Origin: Schmidtea nova
Lineage: Eukaryota
Reading direction: 5' to 3'
Assembly (NCBI GenBank): GCA_044892505.1
Contig: CM097882.1
Coordinates: 514,477,449-514,540,000 of the forward strand
DNA: 62,552 bases
Shown here one piece after another: positions 12,101 to 25,087 of this stretch. The translations under genes were made by a program, and so were the position numbers. The notes beneath the pieces are model-generated. The model saw only the letters and a list, made by a program, of their open reading frames with translations, was not told the DNA's origin and did not search any database. Each line of letters starts with the position of its first letter. Within the stretch, counting starts at the first letter, position 1.

Positions 12101-13544
12101 TTCCGCGGCCCTGAATTTCAAGTATTATACTTGGTCTACCTTGCATTTCATGATAAGTCATACGAGGTCTTCTCCATTCGTCTTTTGTAAATATATTTTG
12201 TTCCATTTTATTCTTTATACTTTCGGAAATTTCATTAATCCACATAATCTTATCTTCATTCATATCAAATCTCTTTTCTAGGAATCTATATACTTTTTCT
12301 CCAGTTCTTTCATCGCTACACGTTATTTTTCTGTTTTCATTTTTCTGATCTGTACTGCCACTTTTATAAACATTAAAATTAGTTTTATTATCAATATTAT
12401 TACATAAATCTTTACTGACAAAATTAAAATTATTTACATTATTTAAATTATTTACATTATTCAAATTATTTACATGATTCAAATTATTTACATTATTATA
12501 ACCAGCATTTTCATCAAAATCAAAATTACCTAATAAATGGCTCCGATCATCGCCTCCTGTGATGGAGCTTCCTCGTTTGGGTATTGCATTTCTTCGTATT
12601 TCTCTTCGGCTTCACTTGAATAATTTACTTGATAGTTTGCATCTTGATTTCCAATTGCTGCTACCTCTCTTCTATTATACTGATTGTTTTGTTGAAATCG
12701 GTCCCTTTTATTTTGATATGCTGCATTGTTCCTTCCATGTTGGCTGATTTTCGGCCTAAATCTTTCTAAGTTTGTATAGCATTCAGTTTCTTTGTGACCT
12801 CGTAGATGACATCTCCTACACTGGATGTTTGGACATTCTTGGCGTACGTGTCCAAATAATCCACATCCAAAACACTTAATCTTCCTCTTTATAGTACATT
12901 CCAGGCTTATATGGCCTGGTTTCTGGCATGTCCAGCATACGGCGTTTTTAGTCACTTCCAGTGGTTTTGACATCGGAATCACATTTGTCTGTGCAGGTCT
13001 TTAAACGGCGTCTCTGTAGCTTTTGACAGGTTTCGGATATGCTATAGGTCGAATGGTGTTAACATCGCTTAAAGCTTTATTCACTTTCTCAACTTTTCTA
13101 ATTGTGCATTTAATTTCTTCTGACGTCTTTAGTTCTTGCATTTCTATTTCTTTTTTAACTTTTTTCTCTCGAGTCCCATTCTTCTTCGTTCCACTCATGT
13201 CGTAATAATCTTTTTGGTTAATTTCTCCACTTTTTCGATGAATCGGTCTGCTGAATCGGATCCTTGTTCATAATTAAGAGCTTCCTTTAAGTCTTCAAAT
13301 AATAATTTTGGCCTCGAAAATGCTGTTCTGAGATTTTCTTCGAATGTTTTGACTTCTGCTTTTTCATATTCATCATATAAAGGTTTATCCAACATGTGGT
13401 AACCAGAATCATCTGCATTTTGACAGATATTTTCGTGATATTAAAGAACTGTTGACATTCTTTGATGAATTCTTCCAATTCATCGTCTCTGGAATCTTTC
13501 TGGTAACATCCTGCTAATCAATAGGTTTGTTTGTGTGGTCACCA

Positions 13545-13851
13545 TATTAGCAGCAACGATATCAAATTCATTTTTGGTATCCATTAAAAAAATCAAATCA
13601 GCTACAAAATTTATTAAATTTAAAAACTACGCTTTTTCTCCTAATATTTAAACAAAAACTTGAAGACTATTCTTCTTTAATTCTGATGTTGATTTAAATG
13701 CTGGCTAATTTTTAAATAAGATATAACATATATTTTAAGGTTAATTTAATTAATTAATTTAAGATGTTTCAATAAAAATTTATGAAATCTGACAAATACA
13801 ATTAAAATGTTTATTAGCAATTTTAATTTAAACGTGAATTCTACCCTTTCA
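13545..13851 (-). repeat. 5' LTR
   Basis: Direct repeat of 8860-9166, followed on the minus strand by a TGG-starting PBS. Confidence 0.95.
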
Positions 13852-14512
13852 ATGAGAATCATCAAAAGTTTCAAATCTTAATTTTCCTTCTAAATTGTTA
13901 CAAATACCCATAACAATTATCAATGATTTATTTGATTTACTTTGACTACATTGACATCACTCCTCAACAATTCAATAGTTTCATCATTTTTCAAATCATT
14001 TTCTTTTAATAATTCAATTTTTGATTTATTTCTATCAATTTTTTCTTGCAATTCATTCAATTCTTCCATCAAATTGGGAATTAAATTCATTAAAATTTTA
14101 TTGTCACTCTCAATATATAATGTGAAAAGCTCATTTGTTATATCATTATATAATTTGCTACGCAAAAATTTAATATCGTTGGGCATATTTGTTACAGTTC
14201 AATTTAAACATAATCTTAAATGCTCATCCATCTCAATGAGAATACATTTGCATTCACACATCTAACTATAATTTTAGATATTTCACAGTTCAATTCATTA
14301 TTGGGTATTAATTGTGATAAATCCACCAAATTACATGAAGGACATTTATCGGAGTCGTTTTCAATTAATTAATTTATGCATTTATGACAAACATTGCATC
14401 CACAAATTGCATTATTGATAATATATTTACAAATGCCACATTAATTATCATCATTAATATTATTGACAGTAGTAAATTTGTGATTTGATAACAATTGAAA
14501 AATGTTATCCAT
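13852..14512 (-). pseudogene. TRAF-like pseudogene (RING, zinc finger, coiled coil), abutting or cut by the Gypsy insertion
   Basis: Hand translation MDNIFQLLSNHKF...*CGICKYIINNAICGCNVCHKC...KCPSC...ISKIIVRC...EMDEHLRLC parallels the TRAF at 20075; several stops and frameshifts. Confidence 0.75.
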
Positions 14513-15639
14513 GAAATTAATTAAAATTATTATCCATATATTTCCAAATTAAATTTCAATTATATATTTTAAAATATTTCACAGAATATTTATTCAATGT
14601 AAAAATATTAAATAACGGCGTTATCATATAAAATTGAAGTATTTAAACAAACTGTTAAAATAAAAAATTAATTATTAAGAAAAGCATAATATAGCAAAAC
14701 GAGACAGGATAATAGCTATTTAAGCAACAAATTTAAGTTAATTACCATAATACAGTAGACAATTTTCCTTCGGATTCGTGAAGTATTAATAATACATTAA
14801 ATCGATTTTTAGCTGAGTCAATCAGAGGTTTCAATTTGCAGCAAATTTTTAACCAAAAACATAATTGTTTGACTTTGAATCTTCAATCAAGTGTATTTTT
14901 ACTGAGTTCTCTTATAATCAAGTAATTAATATTAATAAAGATAAATGAACACAACTAATTTTTGTTTGAAATAAGCAGTAATATATTAAGTAGAGACAGC
15001 GTTAGAAGTATATTCAAATAATTGAGCCAAATAAAAAGTAAACAGAAGTCATTCAAAACACAGGAAAAATTAAATAAAACAAAAATTATAATTAAAGTGA
15101 ACAAAGAAGCAAGAAGTAAACATGGAGAAATATAAATATAACTGTTGGGTTAATAGGAGCAATAAGAAAATAACCTAGAGTAAAATAGTTGAAAATATAT
15201 AAAATAAAAAAGGAAAAGGAATTAATATAAAAATATAAATAAAAAAAAGAATGAACAGAAAAATAATCAAACACAATAAAATAACAAGGAAAGAAATAAA
15301 AGGAAAAGAAAACCAATTAGAGGAAGACCATTAATTTAGCCCCTAGAACAATAAAAAAAAGGAAATAATTAATAAACAACCAAGTTAATTATAAAATTAA
15401 TTAAGAATATTTAGAAGATGAGAAATAAATTAAGAAAATATTAGTTATTTAATTGGCTAATACAAATACAAAAACTTACTTAATTGAGATGACGGACTCA
15501 CTCTGATTGGCTAGTTCCTAAACAAAATTTAGTACAAAAGAAACTAATCAAATCAGTTACTTTAACTTTTAGCACCCAACTTATTATGCAAAGTGTCAGA
15601 TAAACGCGGATAATAAATGTTGGCACTATCATTCAATCG

Positions 15640-16040
15640 TTATATAAATGCAAATTCATCGAGATAGATTTGAAAAATGAAGAAATAACAATCTGGGAAT
15701 TTGAGGATGTCCCAGTTATTGACGTCCATCTGCACAACCTATAACCTTGGGCATTAGAGAATTCAACCGAACGGCTGCTGCTACAAATTGAAAAGGAGAA
15801 ATCACTGTCCAAATTGTCTCGTTGGTATGAAAGGAGTCGCCAGAAAATTGTCTGGCGATGGATCCAACGATTACCCATTAATTTGGAGACCACTGAAGGG
15901 AACCTACCGAATTTCTTTTTATAAGAAGAAGAAATTCCGACATCCCAGTTTATCGAATTAGGAAGATTTATCTTCCCACAACGATCACCTCAGAAGATGA
16001 AGGCTGGAAACGGAGGTAATAATGAGCCAAAGAACATCTA
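15640..16040 (+). pseudogene. Decayed orphan ORF (two in-frame TAA), possibly a remote paralog of ORF A
   Basis: Long + frame KFIEIDLKNEE...NL*PWALE...FFL*EEEIPTSQFIELGR...; EEIPTSQFI resembles ESLPIEQFI in ORF A. Confidence 0.35.
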
Positions 16041-16424
16041 GTCAACTACCTGTATCTTGTGATAATTTTTGTGTCATTAGTGAATAAATGTTTATCAATA
16101 TCATGATTGAATATATGTTACAAATGAGCATTTTATTAGAGTGTGAGACAGATGTAGGTATTAACGGAAGTAAATCTCCTACGGGGAATTTGGGATAAAA
16201 AGATCTTGATTTAGGATGATATCGACAAAAGGATTTGAAAGATTCTTCTGAATGGTAAGCCAGAATCTGAGAATCATATTCATGAAAAAGCAAGAATTTA
16301 GGGTATAGCGCAATAGATGAGGATTAGAATACTCGTAAGATAACCTGAGTAAGGAGATGCTTTTTCATAAAATATGAATAGACGAACTATTTTAAATAAA
16401 ACAGACATCGTCCTACGCTAACCA

Positions 16425-17264
16425 TCAATTTACTAAATATTTAATTTTCGGATCATCCCGATCATCTCGGCAATTTTCTTTTATACCCCGCATTTCTTTT
16501 ATCTTTAACTTTACTTTGTTATTGTAACTTTCGATGTTCTGGGTGTGAACTCCATTTTTATAATCCATGAATTTATATTTTTGAACAATTGATTTGTGTT
16601 CATAAGATGCTTTTTTATCTACTTGGCTATAGATTTTTGCCTCGTCTGTATGGATAATTGAATCTTTTCTAACATATTTCTCTATAATTGGTATTATAGT
16701 TTCAGCTTTCTTATCAGGAACAAGGCACATGTAGCCTTTCGCTGGTGAAAAAGAACAATCAACAATACCCAATGCCAAAATTTGTTTTTTTTGGGGCTCT
16801 TCCTCTGTGTGCCTTCACCTTGTGATTTAGCATGGTTTCGTCTACCTGCATGAGCTTTCCTAGACCTCCTAACAGAAAAGGATGCGCTTCATTATGGTTT
16901 TTGATTGCTGAAATAAGCAATCGTCTTAGCTTTCGTATTGAATCTTCTTTAATTTTCACAAACCTCAAAATTTCAGCACTTTGCAACCCTTTAGACCAAT
17001 AAAATAGAAATTTTAAAATTTCTTTGAGAGATATCCTCATCTTCTCAAAAAAACTATTTCCTCTAACCAAAACATAATAATCTCGTTTTCTACACTCAGA
17101 TAATCGGCATCTCTATCACATACCCTCATAATTTCTTTTTGTCTTTACTAGTATCATTTCTTTTTGGCAAGAAGAGCATTTTAATTCATTCGCTAACATG
17201 TCATTGTCTTTCATAAAATATATGAGTTCTTCTCCATCGATATTTTTCTTCTATCGATATTCAT
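16425..17264 (-). mobile_element. Merlin (ISXO2/IS1016-like) DDE transposase remnant
   Basis: LGGLGKLMQVDET, IIHTDE and GVHTQNIES motifs; N-terminal CxxC...C region; stops and frameshifts; 3' end truncated. Confidence 0.9.
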
Positions 17265-17459
17265 TTTAAGGGGATTAAAAATTAATTAATATGTATTTTG
17301 CCCTGTTAAAATTTCAATAAATATCATTTTTATTTAATTTTTATCCAACCCGGTTTTTTGACCGAATGGGTCAAATAAACAGGTTGGTCCTAATTTTCTT
17401 TTACAGTCAATTTCTCACTTATGGCAAGAAAACTCCAAACAAAAAGCTTAGCGTGTACA

Positions 17460-17880
17460 AGTGTTCTCGCCAACAAAACGCATGGGATCGGAAATTAGAT
17501 GGGATTCTGGAGTGGAGAATATTAGAATGAGAGGGCACATATTTCTCTCCCGTAGAAAAAACAATGTGCAACAGAGCGAACCAGATGATTCGAGAGTTGA
17601 AATTAGAGCTAACTGCAACCAAGATCAAGATGAAACACTGCCGCAAAGTGCTAACACAATCTTTTGTTGACAAGGAGTTTAAAGGAAGATAAAGAACTTG
17701 ACATACGAGGCCTGGAAACCTGAGAAAATCTACGAGATTCCTCAGAAACAACTACAGAAACTCAATCCATACCGTCAAAAAGTAGAGACGATCTCACCTG
17801 AGTGCTAAACAGTGGCGGAAATTAAAGAGAAAAGGAGAAAATGAATCCGATTACCAGCTAACCTGACAGTTAGAGTACCT
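17460..17880 (+). pseudogene. Decayed paralog of orphan coiled-coil ORF B (3793-4398)
   Basis: YFSPV...RANQMIRELKLELTATKIKMKHCRKVLTQSFVDKEF...IKNLTYEAWKPEK versus WFAPV...RAQRTADEYRVEWEATKIELRKCLHSVTTSFIDAEL...IRPVTYQNWVTEK. Confidence 0.65.
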
Positions 17881-18492
17881 GAATGATCTGACAGAAATTG
17901 ATTTGTTACAAAAAATTGTAACATTGTAAATAGTGTGTGAATAGTGCGTGAATAGTTTGATTAAATGGGTTTATGTGTGTTACTAATTGATTAATGGATG
18001 TGATGAGTTACGGTACTCGGATACTTACTGTTACAGGCAGTAGTTATTTTTATTGTATGAGTAAGGCTAATGGAATGTAGGGTACTGTATTGCACTGATA
18101 ATGTTAAGATTTGTGACCAGGGTTATCAACGAATAAGAACCTAAGTTCTTCTGTCGACCATAGTGAACCCGAAATAGAAGTGATTAATATGGAAAAGTCA
18201 CACTAATTCAGCTCGCCTTCCTATTAGCGTTCAACGGCCGCGATGTACATTACCAACATGATTGTCTAGAGTGATCGTGGGTACATGCGAGAAGGAAAGC
18301 TAAATAAAAATAGTTAAAATTAGCATAAAATAGAATATTTTATACGAATAAAAGTTTATTTACGTAAAGATTTAATTTTTCGTAAAAATATAAAATTATT
18401 TTACAATTAAAATACGGTTGGTTATTAGGAATACGAAAAAACAAATTATCGTGGCTCTATCTTCAATAACCTCACAAATACACATTGGAAAA

Positions 18493-19131
18493 TCATATTG
18501 TTGTCCTGTAACAAATGGGTGGACATTCATAAAACGTGAGCGCTGACTGATTCAGAAATATAATTCTATCCGCTGCTTCGAATTCTTTACTAATCTCGTT
18601 ATCTTTAATTGTGATATCAAGAGTCGATTGCATTTCTATCAGAAATTCCACAATGTTGCACGAATCTTNNNNNNNNNNNNNNNNNNNNNNNNNNNNNNNN
18701 NNNNNNNNNNNNNNNNNNNNNNNNNNNNNNNNNNNNNNNNNNNNNNNNNNNNNNNNNNNNNNNNNNNNNNNNNNNNNNNNNNNNNNNNNNNNNNNNNNNN
18801 NNTCAAAGACATTACTATTTAACCATCGGAAATTCCTTTTTTCACACATTGCATTAACTTGTCAAAACAGAAATTAAAATCATGATTGCCATACACGGCC
18901 AAATTGATATCGAATTCATTCAAAATTTCAGGTTTGTGATCTCCTTGGGTTATTGTACTAATCATGGACGGACTTAATCTATCTCCAGAAAACAGCGTTA
19001 ATGATTTACAATTTTTTTCAAGATTCTCGAAGAGCAGTACAAAATTGAGCAGCACCGGCTTTCGGTTCATTGGGATAACTTTCGACGTTGTAAACATCAT
19101 TGAAATGTAATAAGATCAATTCTGAAGTCAT
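18493..19131 (-). pseudogene. 5'-nucleotidase-like calcineurin-fold metallophosphoesterase, frameshifted and spanning an N gap
   Basis: MTSELILLHFNDVYNVE..EPKAGAAQF, LFSGD.LSPS, AVYGNHDFNF and FRWLNSNV; at least two frame changes. Confidence 0.8.
18669..18802. other. Assembly gap (134 N)
   Basis: Run of N. Confidence 1.
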
Positions 19132-20074
19132 TCATAAAGAAATTTCAGCACAAATTCGAATAAAGCTATATTCATTTTCAAAAAAAGCAATTCAAAACAA
19201 AAATCAGTTTTTTCCAAGTGAATCGATAAAACAACTCCAAACTCAATAAATCCCTAATAAATCGCAAAACAATTTGGGCCCTCCTCTCAAAATTTTCCTT
19301 TGTTTTGATTGGCTACAAACGCGGTATGACATCATTTTCTTTGTTGTGGAGTCCACACTTCCTCCTACTCAATAAAACTCCAAACATAACGGCACTCAAA
19401 ATTATTCTCCAGAGAATTCAGTCAAGAGAAGTTCGAGTTGATAAGTCAAAAAAATAAATTTTGCGAACATTCTAACTACTTCCGAAATATTTCCAACATT
19501 GCTTAGGCGTCAAGTGGTGAGCAAGGTTATATGGCAATTGATGGGTCGTCGAGCCTAAGAATGACGATAGCAATCCGTCGTTCGGTCAGTTTTAATAATT
19601 TTGCAATGTTTAATGATTGTTCATGACAACTGCTTTTATTATACAAGCTTGATGCACCTGCTCCAATTTAATGTTAACTGATGCAAAATATGTGTCTGAT
19701 CAAATATTCGGTAACCTTTTAAACAAAACTACATAAATTTCTAAATATAACTGCAATATGATAAAACTATGAACACAATATGATAAAGAAAATCAAATTC
19801 CTAAAATTTTATCATCTTTTACTAAAATAATTTTTAAAGAAATAAACAAAAAATTAATTCGCATTTATTAAATTATAATATCAAATTATTTTATTTACAA
19901 ATTCATTTCAAAACTAAAAGACAATTAAATAAAGAAAAGATTTAATTATTTTCACTATTTATTAATTATAAATGTATAATTCCACAATTTTGTTTTAAAA
20001 TATAAAAATATTTTATTATAATTCGTAACATTTTTAAAAGTCTATAATTTTTTTTCATTTAAAATTGAAAAAGA

Positions 20075-21472
20075 ATGAAAAATTATTTCCACATGATAGA
20101 CATATTGAAAAAATATACTTTCAAATTCGAGTCGTCAATATCATTGGATATTAGTTGCGTGGTTTGTAAAGATTTGTTGAAAGATGCTTGCCAAGGTCCT
20201 TGTGGATGTTTGTACTGTTTGCAATGCATTGAGAACTACCTCGAGGATAATAAAAAGTGCTGTCCTGGAAATACCCCATATTGTACGGGAGATGAAATAA
20301 TATTCGGAGTGAATATCAACAGAGATAATAGTGCCAATAGGAAAATAGGAAAATTGAAGGTGAAATGTCCACTAGATTCATGTGAATTCCGTAGTGAATT
20401 AAGAGAAATGTCTGATCATTTGAAAATGTGTGGTAAAACTGAGCTTTGTTGTCCTTACAGAGAATTCGGTTGCAGCATTACTGCAATAGGAAACACAGAA
20501 TTGTTGGAACATGTCCAACAGAGTTCCCTTTGTCACAACAAAATGATAATTAACTGGATGATGAACATGAGAATTGAAATGATGGCACAAAAACGATTGG
20601 AAGTTCTTGAAATGAGAGTTTCTCGAATCCTGATAGACGTTACTCATGCAAACGAAAAGAAACAAGTAAATAATTGTAATCCCAATATAATAAGTTGACC
20701 CCTTCTTCCTCTTTCTCTTTATCAGTCGCTTATCGATCAATTGCGGGAACAACTAAAATCCGTCAGAAACGATAATAAAGATCTCAACAAACTGCTTTCA
20801 CAAATGCAAGGGGAAATTTTCCAATTGAAACATTCGATTTCCCAACAATCCGAATTGAACGATTCGACTTGCCGACTATTGAAATCGGAATTGGAATTGT
20901 TAAAATCAAAAATTTCAACAACCAATCAAATTGCGAGACCAAGCGATATGAAATTCGATATCCCAATCAAACTGTTGCCTGTGAAAACCGAGAAATGTTT
21001 GGATCTGGCACCGCCAGGGGATCTCGATAATGCAGTAGCGACACTTGAATGGGTGATTAATGATCTCGGCCGGTTGCGTGCAAATCGGGAAAATCTATGC
21101 AGTGATTGGTTCAATTCTGCGTTATTCGATTACAAAATGCTGCTCTGTTTGAATCCCGATGCAATCCGTGGCCAATCGGCGATGCAGATCACGTTCAATG
21201 TTTGCGATTTCAATGCCGCATCTGGTCGAGCGCTCTGGCCATTTTCTGCCCATGTCAAGCTGGCAATTTGCAGCCAATCACAGTCGGGAGCACCTTGTCA
21301 ACGGATCGATCGACACGTCAACGCAGACAACCCAATTGCAACATTGACAGTTGATCCGTTATGCAAATTTGATTTCCTTTATTCAGATTTGCAATCGATT
21401 GGCATAGATATTTCCCAGCCGATTCTCATTCGATGTGCCGTTGACAGCTTTAATTGTCAGCTTAAGCATTGA
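20075..21472 (+). CDS. TRAF: TRAF-like protein (RING, TRAF zinc fingers, coiled coil, divergent MATH); exons 20075-20665 and 20726-21472, about 445 aa
   Basis: RING CVVC..PCGCLYCLQC..CP; KVKCP..DHLKMC; CPYREFGC; MATH-like TLEWVI..DYKMLLCLNPD..WPF. A 60-nt GT-AG intron (20666-20725) joins the two ORFs in phase 0. Confidence 0.88.
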
Positions 21473-21791
21473 TTGTTATTATTTTGCGCACAGATTTATG
21501 TTTTCTTTTTTGTAAATAAATTTTAGTTCTGATTTGATAAATTATTTAAATCGGTTTTTTTTGACTTAATTATTAAATACCTTTTGAATTTATTGCTCAT
21601 ATGTGTTTTATTCAGGGATTCTAGTGACTTCATGCAATTCACAGTTAGGAATAAGTAGAACTCGAATAATTGAAATGCCGCCCATCACATTATTACATGA
21701 ATAGGCACAAATATTATAAAATAATTTTAGTTTAAAAATAGAAATCATTTCCCTAAAATTAACCGTTATTATCTTGGAATTAATGCTCCAT

Positions 21792-21860
21792 CAGTGGCGT
21801 AGATAGGAGTAGCAGGGAGAGTAGCCGCTTTCCGGGACACAATCCTCAACAAGTGTCTCC
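21792..21860 (+). mobile_element. Probable hAT-type MITE left end
   Basis: CAGTGGCGTAG...CCGGGACAC resembles the termini of the hAT elements at 24160 and 55760; no partner end found. Confidence 0.35.
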
Positions 21861-24159
21861 TTTTCAGGACAGGTAAAATACTATAAGTATCGTAGCAAAA
21901 TAGCTTGAAACATCTATATAAAGATGCATTCAGGGTATTTTCTTTTGAGACTTGAGAAATTAAATATCTTTTCATAATCAAATATGTTATCATTTGAGAA
22001 AGAAATTATCAGAGTACATGAATAACATGGTTATTTGATCTGGAGTGAGACCTTTTATGTTCTTGCTCTCATTAGTGTGGGAATCTAGATTTTCCTTCAT
22101 CTTGCGGTAATGAAATACACATATTCTCTCTTCATCCTATTTATGTAAATAATATTTTATATCTGTATTAAAGTATTATTTTTATTTATAGGTCATTTAA
22201 TTGGTTTATATTTTGTTTATATCATTGTATAAAAAACTCAGTTTAAACATATATAAAAAGAATTTAACGACAGCTCATTTACTTCATCATTCCTATCAAA
22301 TATTCATTGCCAATTATCATCCAATTACAATTCAGTATGACGAATAATTCCATTTTCAATCAACCAATGACAAATTTATAAATATTAGCTATAAACTGAT
22401 GAGAAATGTCAAATGTGGTGTTGCAGCATTTAATCTTGTAAATCTGAGGCTTGAATCTACGCTTCCAGAATAGGGAAGTATTTATATAAACTCTTAGGTA
22501 AATTTTAATCATTACAGTTGTCATATCCGAATTTGACTAAAAATCGCCATTAAATGTTCAACCCGTATTATGTCGTAATCAGATTTACATAATCATTACA
22601 TCTGTCACATTGCAACTATTAGTGCATGATGACATAATAAATGTTCTGCTAGCATTTACGTATAAATTTATGAATGAATATTTGTATAACATTTTATATG
22701 AGACTATTGAAACACTCAATCCATGATTAGGTAATCTTTTTCGGTTTGGTTATGTAACTAACTTTGAGATTATTACGCATTATAAAATCCAGTGATAACT
22801 AAATATTTTGCATCTACTCGTTTTGTTCACAATAAAATGTGGTTCGATCATTTGCAGTGATAAGAATGATAGTAAAAGTTGATCAACAATATAATGGTGT
22901 AAGTGTATAATACACTAGATGTATTAATGGAGTATTCATATATTCAAATCAAGCTTTAAGTATTCTGTAATGTCGCAGGTTATGTAATTATTGTTTAGAA
23001 CTAAAATATAATAAGCACAATTTTTTATATAAAATTATGAAATTTTAAGTTAATATTCTGTCGTACTTTGTTCCATCTTTACACGTGCTTAAATTACTGC
23101 TAATATTTCCGTTTGTAGGACAAGAAGTATAATTGTCACTGATAATCCACTAAAAGTTTTAATTGACAATTTTAGGAAGGAGCCACAAGCATAAATTATA
23201 ATATACAAAGGTAGCTTTTGCTAGTTGTGGAAAGTACTCCGTAAAACAGAAATATATTATAAAAAAAGACAAATCAAATTTTTTTTAAATTTCAGGTTTT
23301 CGGCACTGCCTTTTTCAAGAAAGACTTGAAAAAAGAAAAGCCAGTGTCCATCCATCTTGTTTTTGGTCGCCATCTTGGGCACCATGATAAATTTTATTGC
23401 TAATTTCGTATTTTTAGCTGTTTTTAATTTTACTAATTATTATTTATTATACTTTTTTCTCTGCTTTTTACTATTTTACCAATTAATTTATTGAAGTGAC
23501 TATTATATTTCTTTTTCTTAATTACTACACATGTTTACCGAGTTTTTGGGACCTTATGAATTGCGTATCGACCATTTTTATTTTTATTATAGATATGCTA
23601 AAACGCTAGAAACACACTAAAAATTAGTTTTATATTAATAAATCAACAAAAATCAATATTTGAAGATGTTAAAAACACTAAAAATAACATAAAAATTTGA
23701 TTAACATAAGATATTTTCAAATTAGGTGAATTATTTTTAATTTTCAAGAAATAAAGCAAGAAAAAACAAAAGAAAACAATTAAAATTAAATTTATCTATA
23801 TAATATAAAAATCTTAATTAAAATTATTATTCTGGAAATAAATTAATTTTAATAACAATAAATATTTTTCATAGAAATAAATGTTTAATTTTTAATAAAA
23901 TAAAAAAGTTAATCGAAAAAAAGCAAAATTTTACTTTAAAAATTTGTTTCACTACATCAATAACAATAATTAGCTAAATCAAATATATAAACTGCTACAG
24001 GTTTTACTGAAATAAAATTGAAGAGTAGAATAATAGTAAAACACAAGTAGACTTGTGCTGATTAACTTTTCACATAAATTTTACAAATATCCTACAAGAT
24101 ACTTTTCAAATTATTCACCGATTTCTGGAAAAAGATAACTAATTCATTTGTCTTGCCCA

Positions 24160-25087
24160 CAGAGGCGTAGCTAAGGGGGTCGAGGGTACATATGTTCCCG
24201 GGCATCAAAATGAGGCTTACAACGTAACATTATAATAAGTAAACAAGGGTAATAAATCGGTCACAAGATCGCTGAAGCGGCTCAGCAGACGTGTCATCTG
24301 ATACGTCTGCCTTCCACAGTGATGATGTTGTCTGCCAACCCCTGCAGCCAGCCGAGATACGGATTCTGTGTACAGCTGGTTCCGTCTGCACACGACTTAA
24401 AGACCTGAACACAAAATTTGGGTTTCTGCTGGATGTTAAGACTCTTCTATCCGACATAGATGTCGATGAAATTCGCATAAATTGCACAGATTTTGAAAAT
24501 TTCTACGACACGAACATCAATGGCCACGAACTTTTCACAGAAATTGGAGATTGCAGAATGCTGCTCAGTAACCGGATTGAAGTTCTACTAGAAACTCCTT
24601 TGGATCTTCTTGGCTTTATTGTGTTTTATGGAAACGACATATTTCCGAATCTGCGAATTTCACTGCAAATTTTATTAACAATAGCAGTTTCAATTGCAAG
24701 CTGTGAGCGGTCGTTCAGCAAATTAAAACTTATTTTGTCGCATTTGCGTGCGTCAATGGGACAGGATCGTCTTAGCGATCTTGCTCTTCTTAGCGTTGAA
24801 AGAGAAACATTGGAAAAACAGATTTTGATTGCGTAATTGAACAGTTTGCGAAAGTGAAATAAAGAAAAATAAATCTTTTCTAGACTATGTAAACCAGTCT
24901 ACGACAGTGAATGAGTGGGTCATGTACTATAATTTCTATAAATATGCTTCTTTAAATACAATGTTTTATTAAAATTTAAATTGTTTACCTTATTTAATGT
25001 AATATAAAAACGTGATTAAAGGGGAGGGGCTGTGGCACCAATTTTATAGTTCGTCCCCGGGCGCAAAATATCATATATACGCCTCTG
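24160..25087 (+). mobile_element. Non-autonomous hAT element retaining the C-terminal dimerization domain
   Basis: TIRs CAGAGGCGTA/TACGCCTCTG; 8-bp TSD CTTGCCCA/CTTGTCCA; ORF 24291-24836 with FPNL..ILLTIAVSIASCERSFSKLKLI...RLSDLALLSVE. Confidence 0.93.

Larger units (their letters stand above)
8860..13851 (-). mobile_element. Full-length Gypsy/Ty3 LTR retrotransposon, coding region frameshifted
   Basis: 307-bp LTRs (8860-9166 and 13545-13851, about 5 differences); 5-bp TSD ATGAG; PBS TGGTGACCAC; PPT AAAGAAGGGGGA; gag with three CCHC knuckles (12530-12982); protease LLDTGA; RT VYLDD; RNase H; integrase HHCC. Confidence 0.97.

Noticed and set aside
15092-15316. Hydrophobic F/I/L/Y-rich short ORFs (also 268-462, 40774-40992, 46899-47096 and many antisense ORFs within TEs)
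   Set aside because: Compositional by-products of A-rich opposite strands or shadows of real ORFs.
23110-23400. Possible short terminal exons (...KYS|VFGTAFFKKDLKKEKPVSIHLVFGRH...) or a minus-strand AAGATGGCG start
   Set aside because: No recognisable protein family, and a consistent gene model could not be built on either strand.
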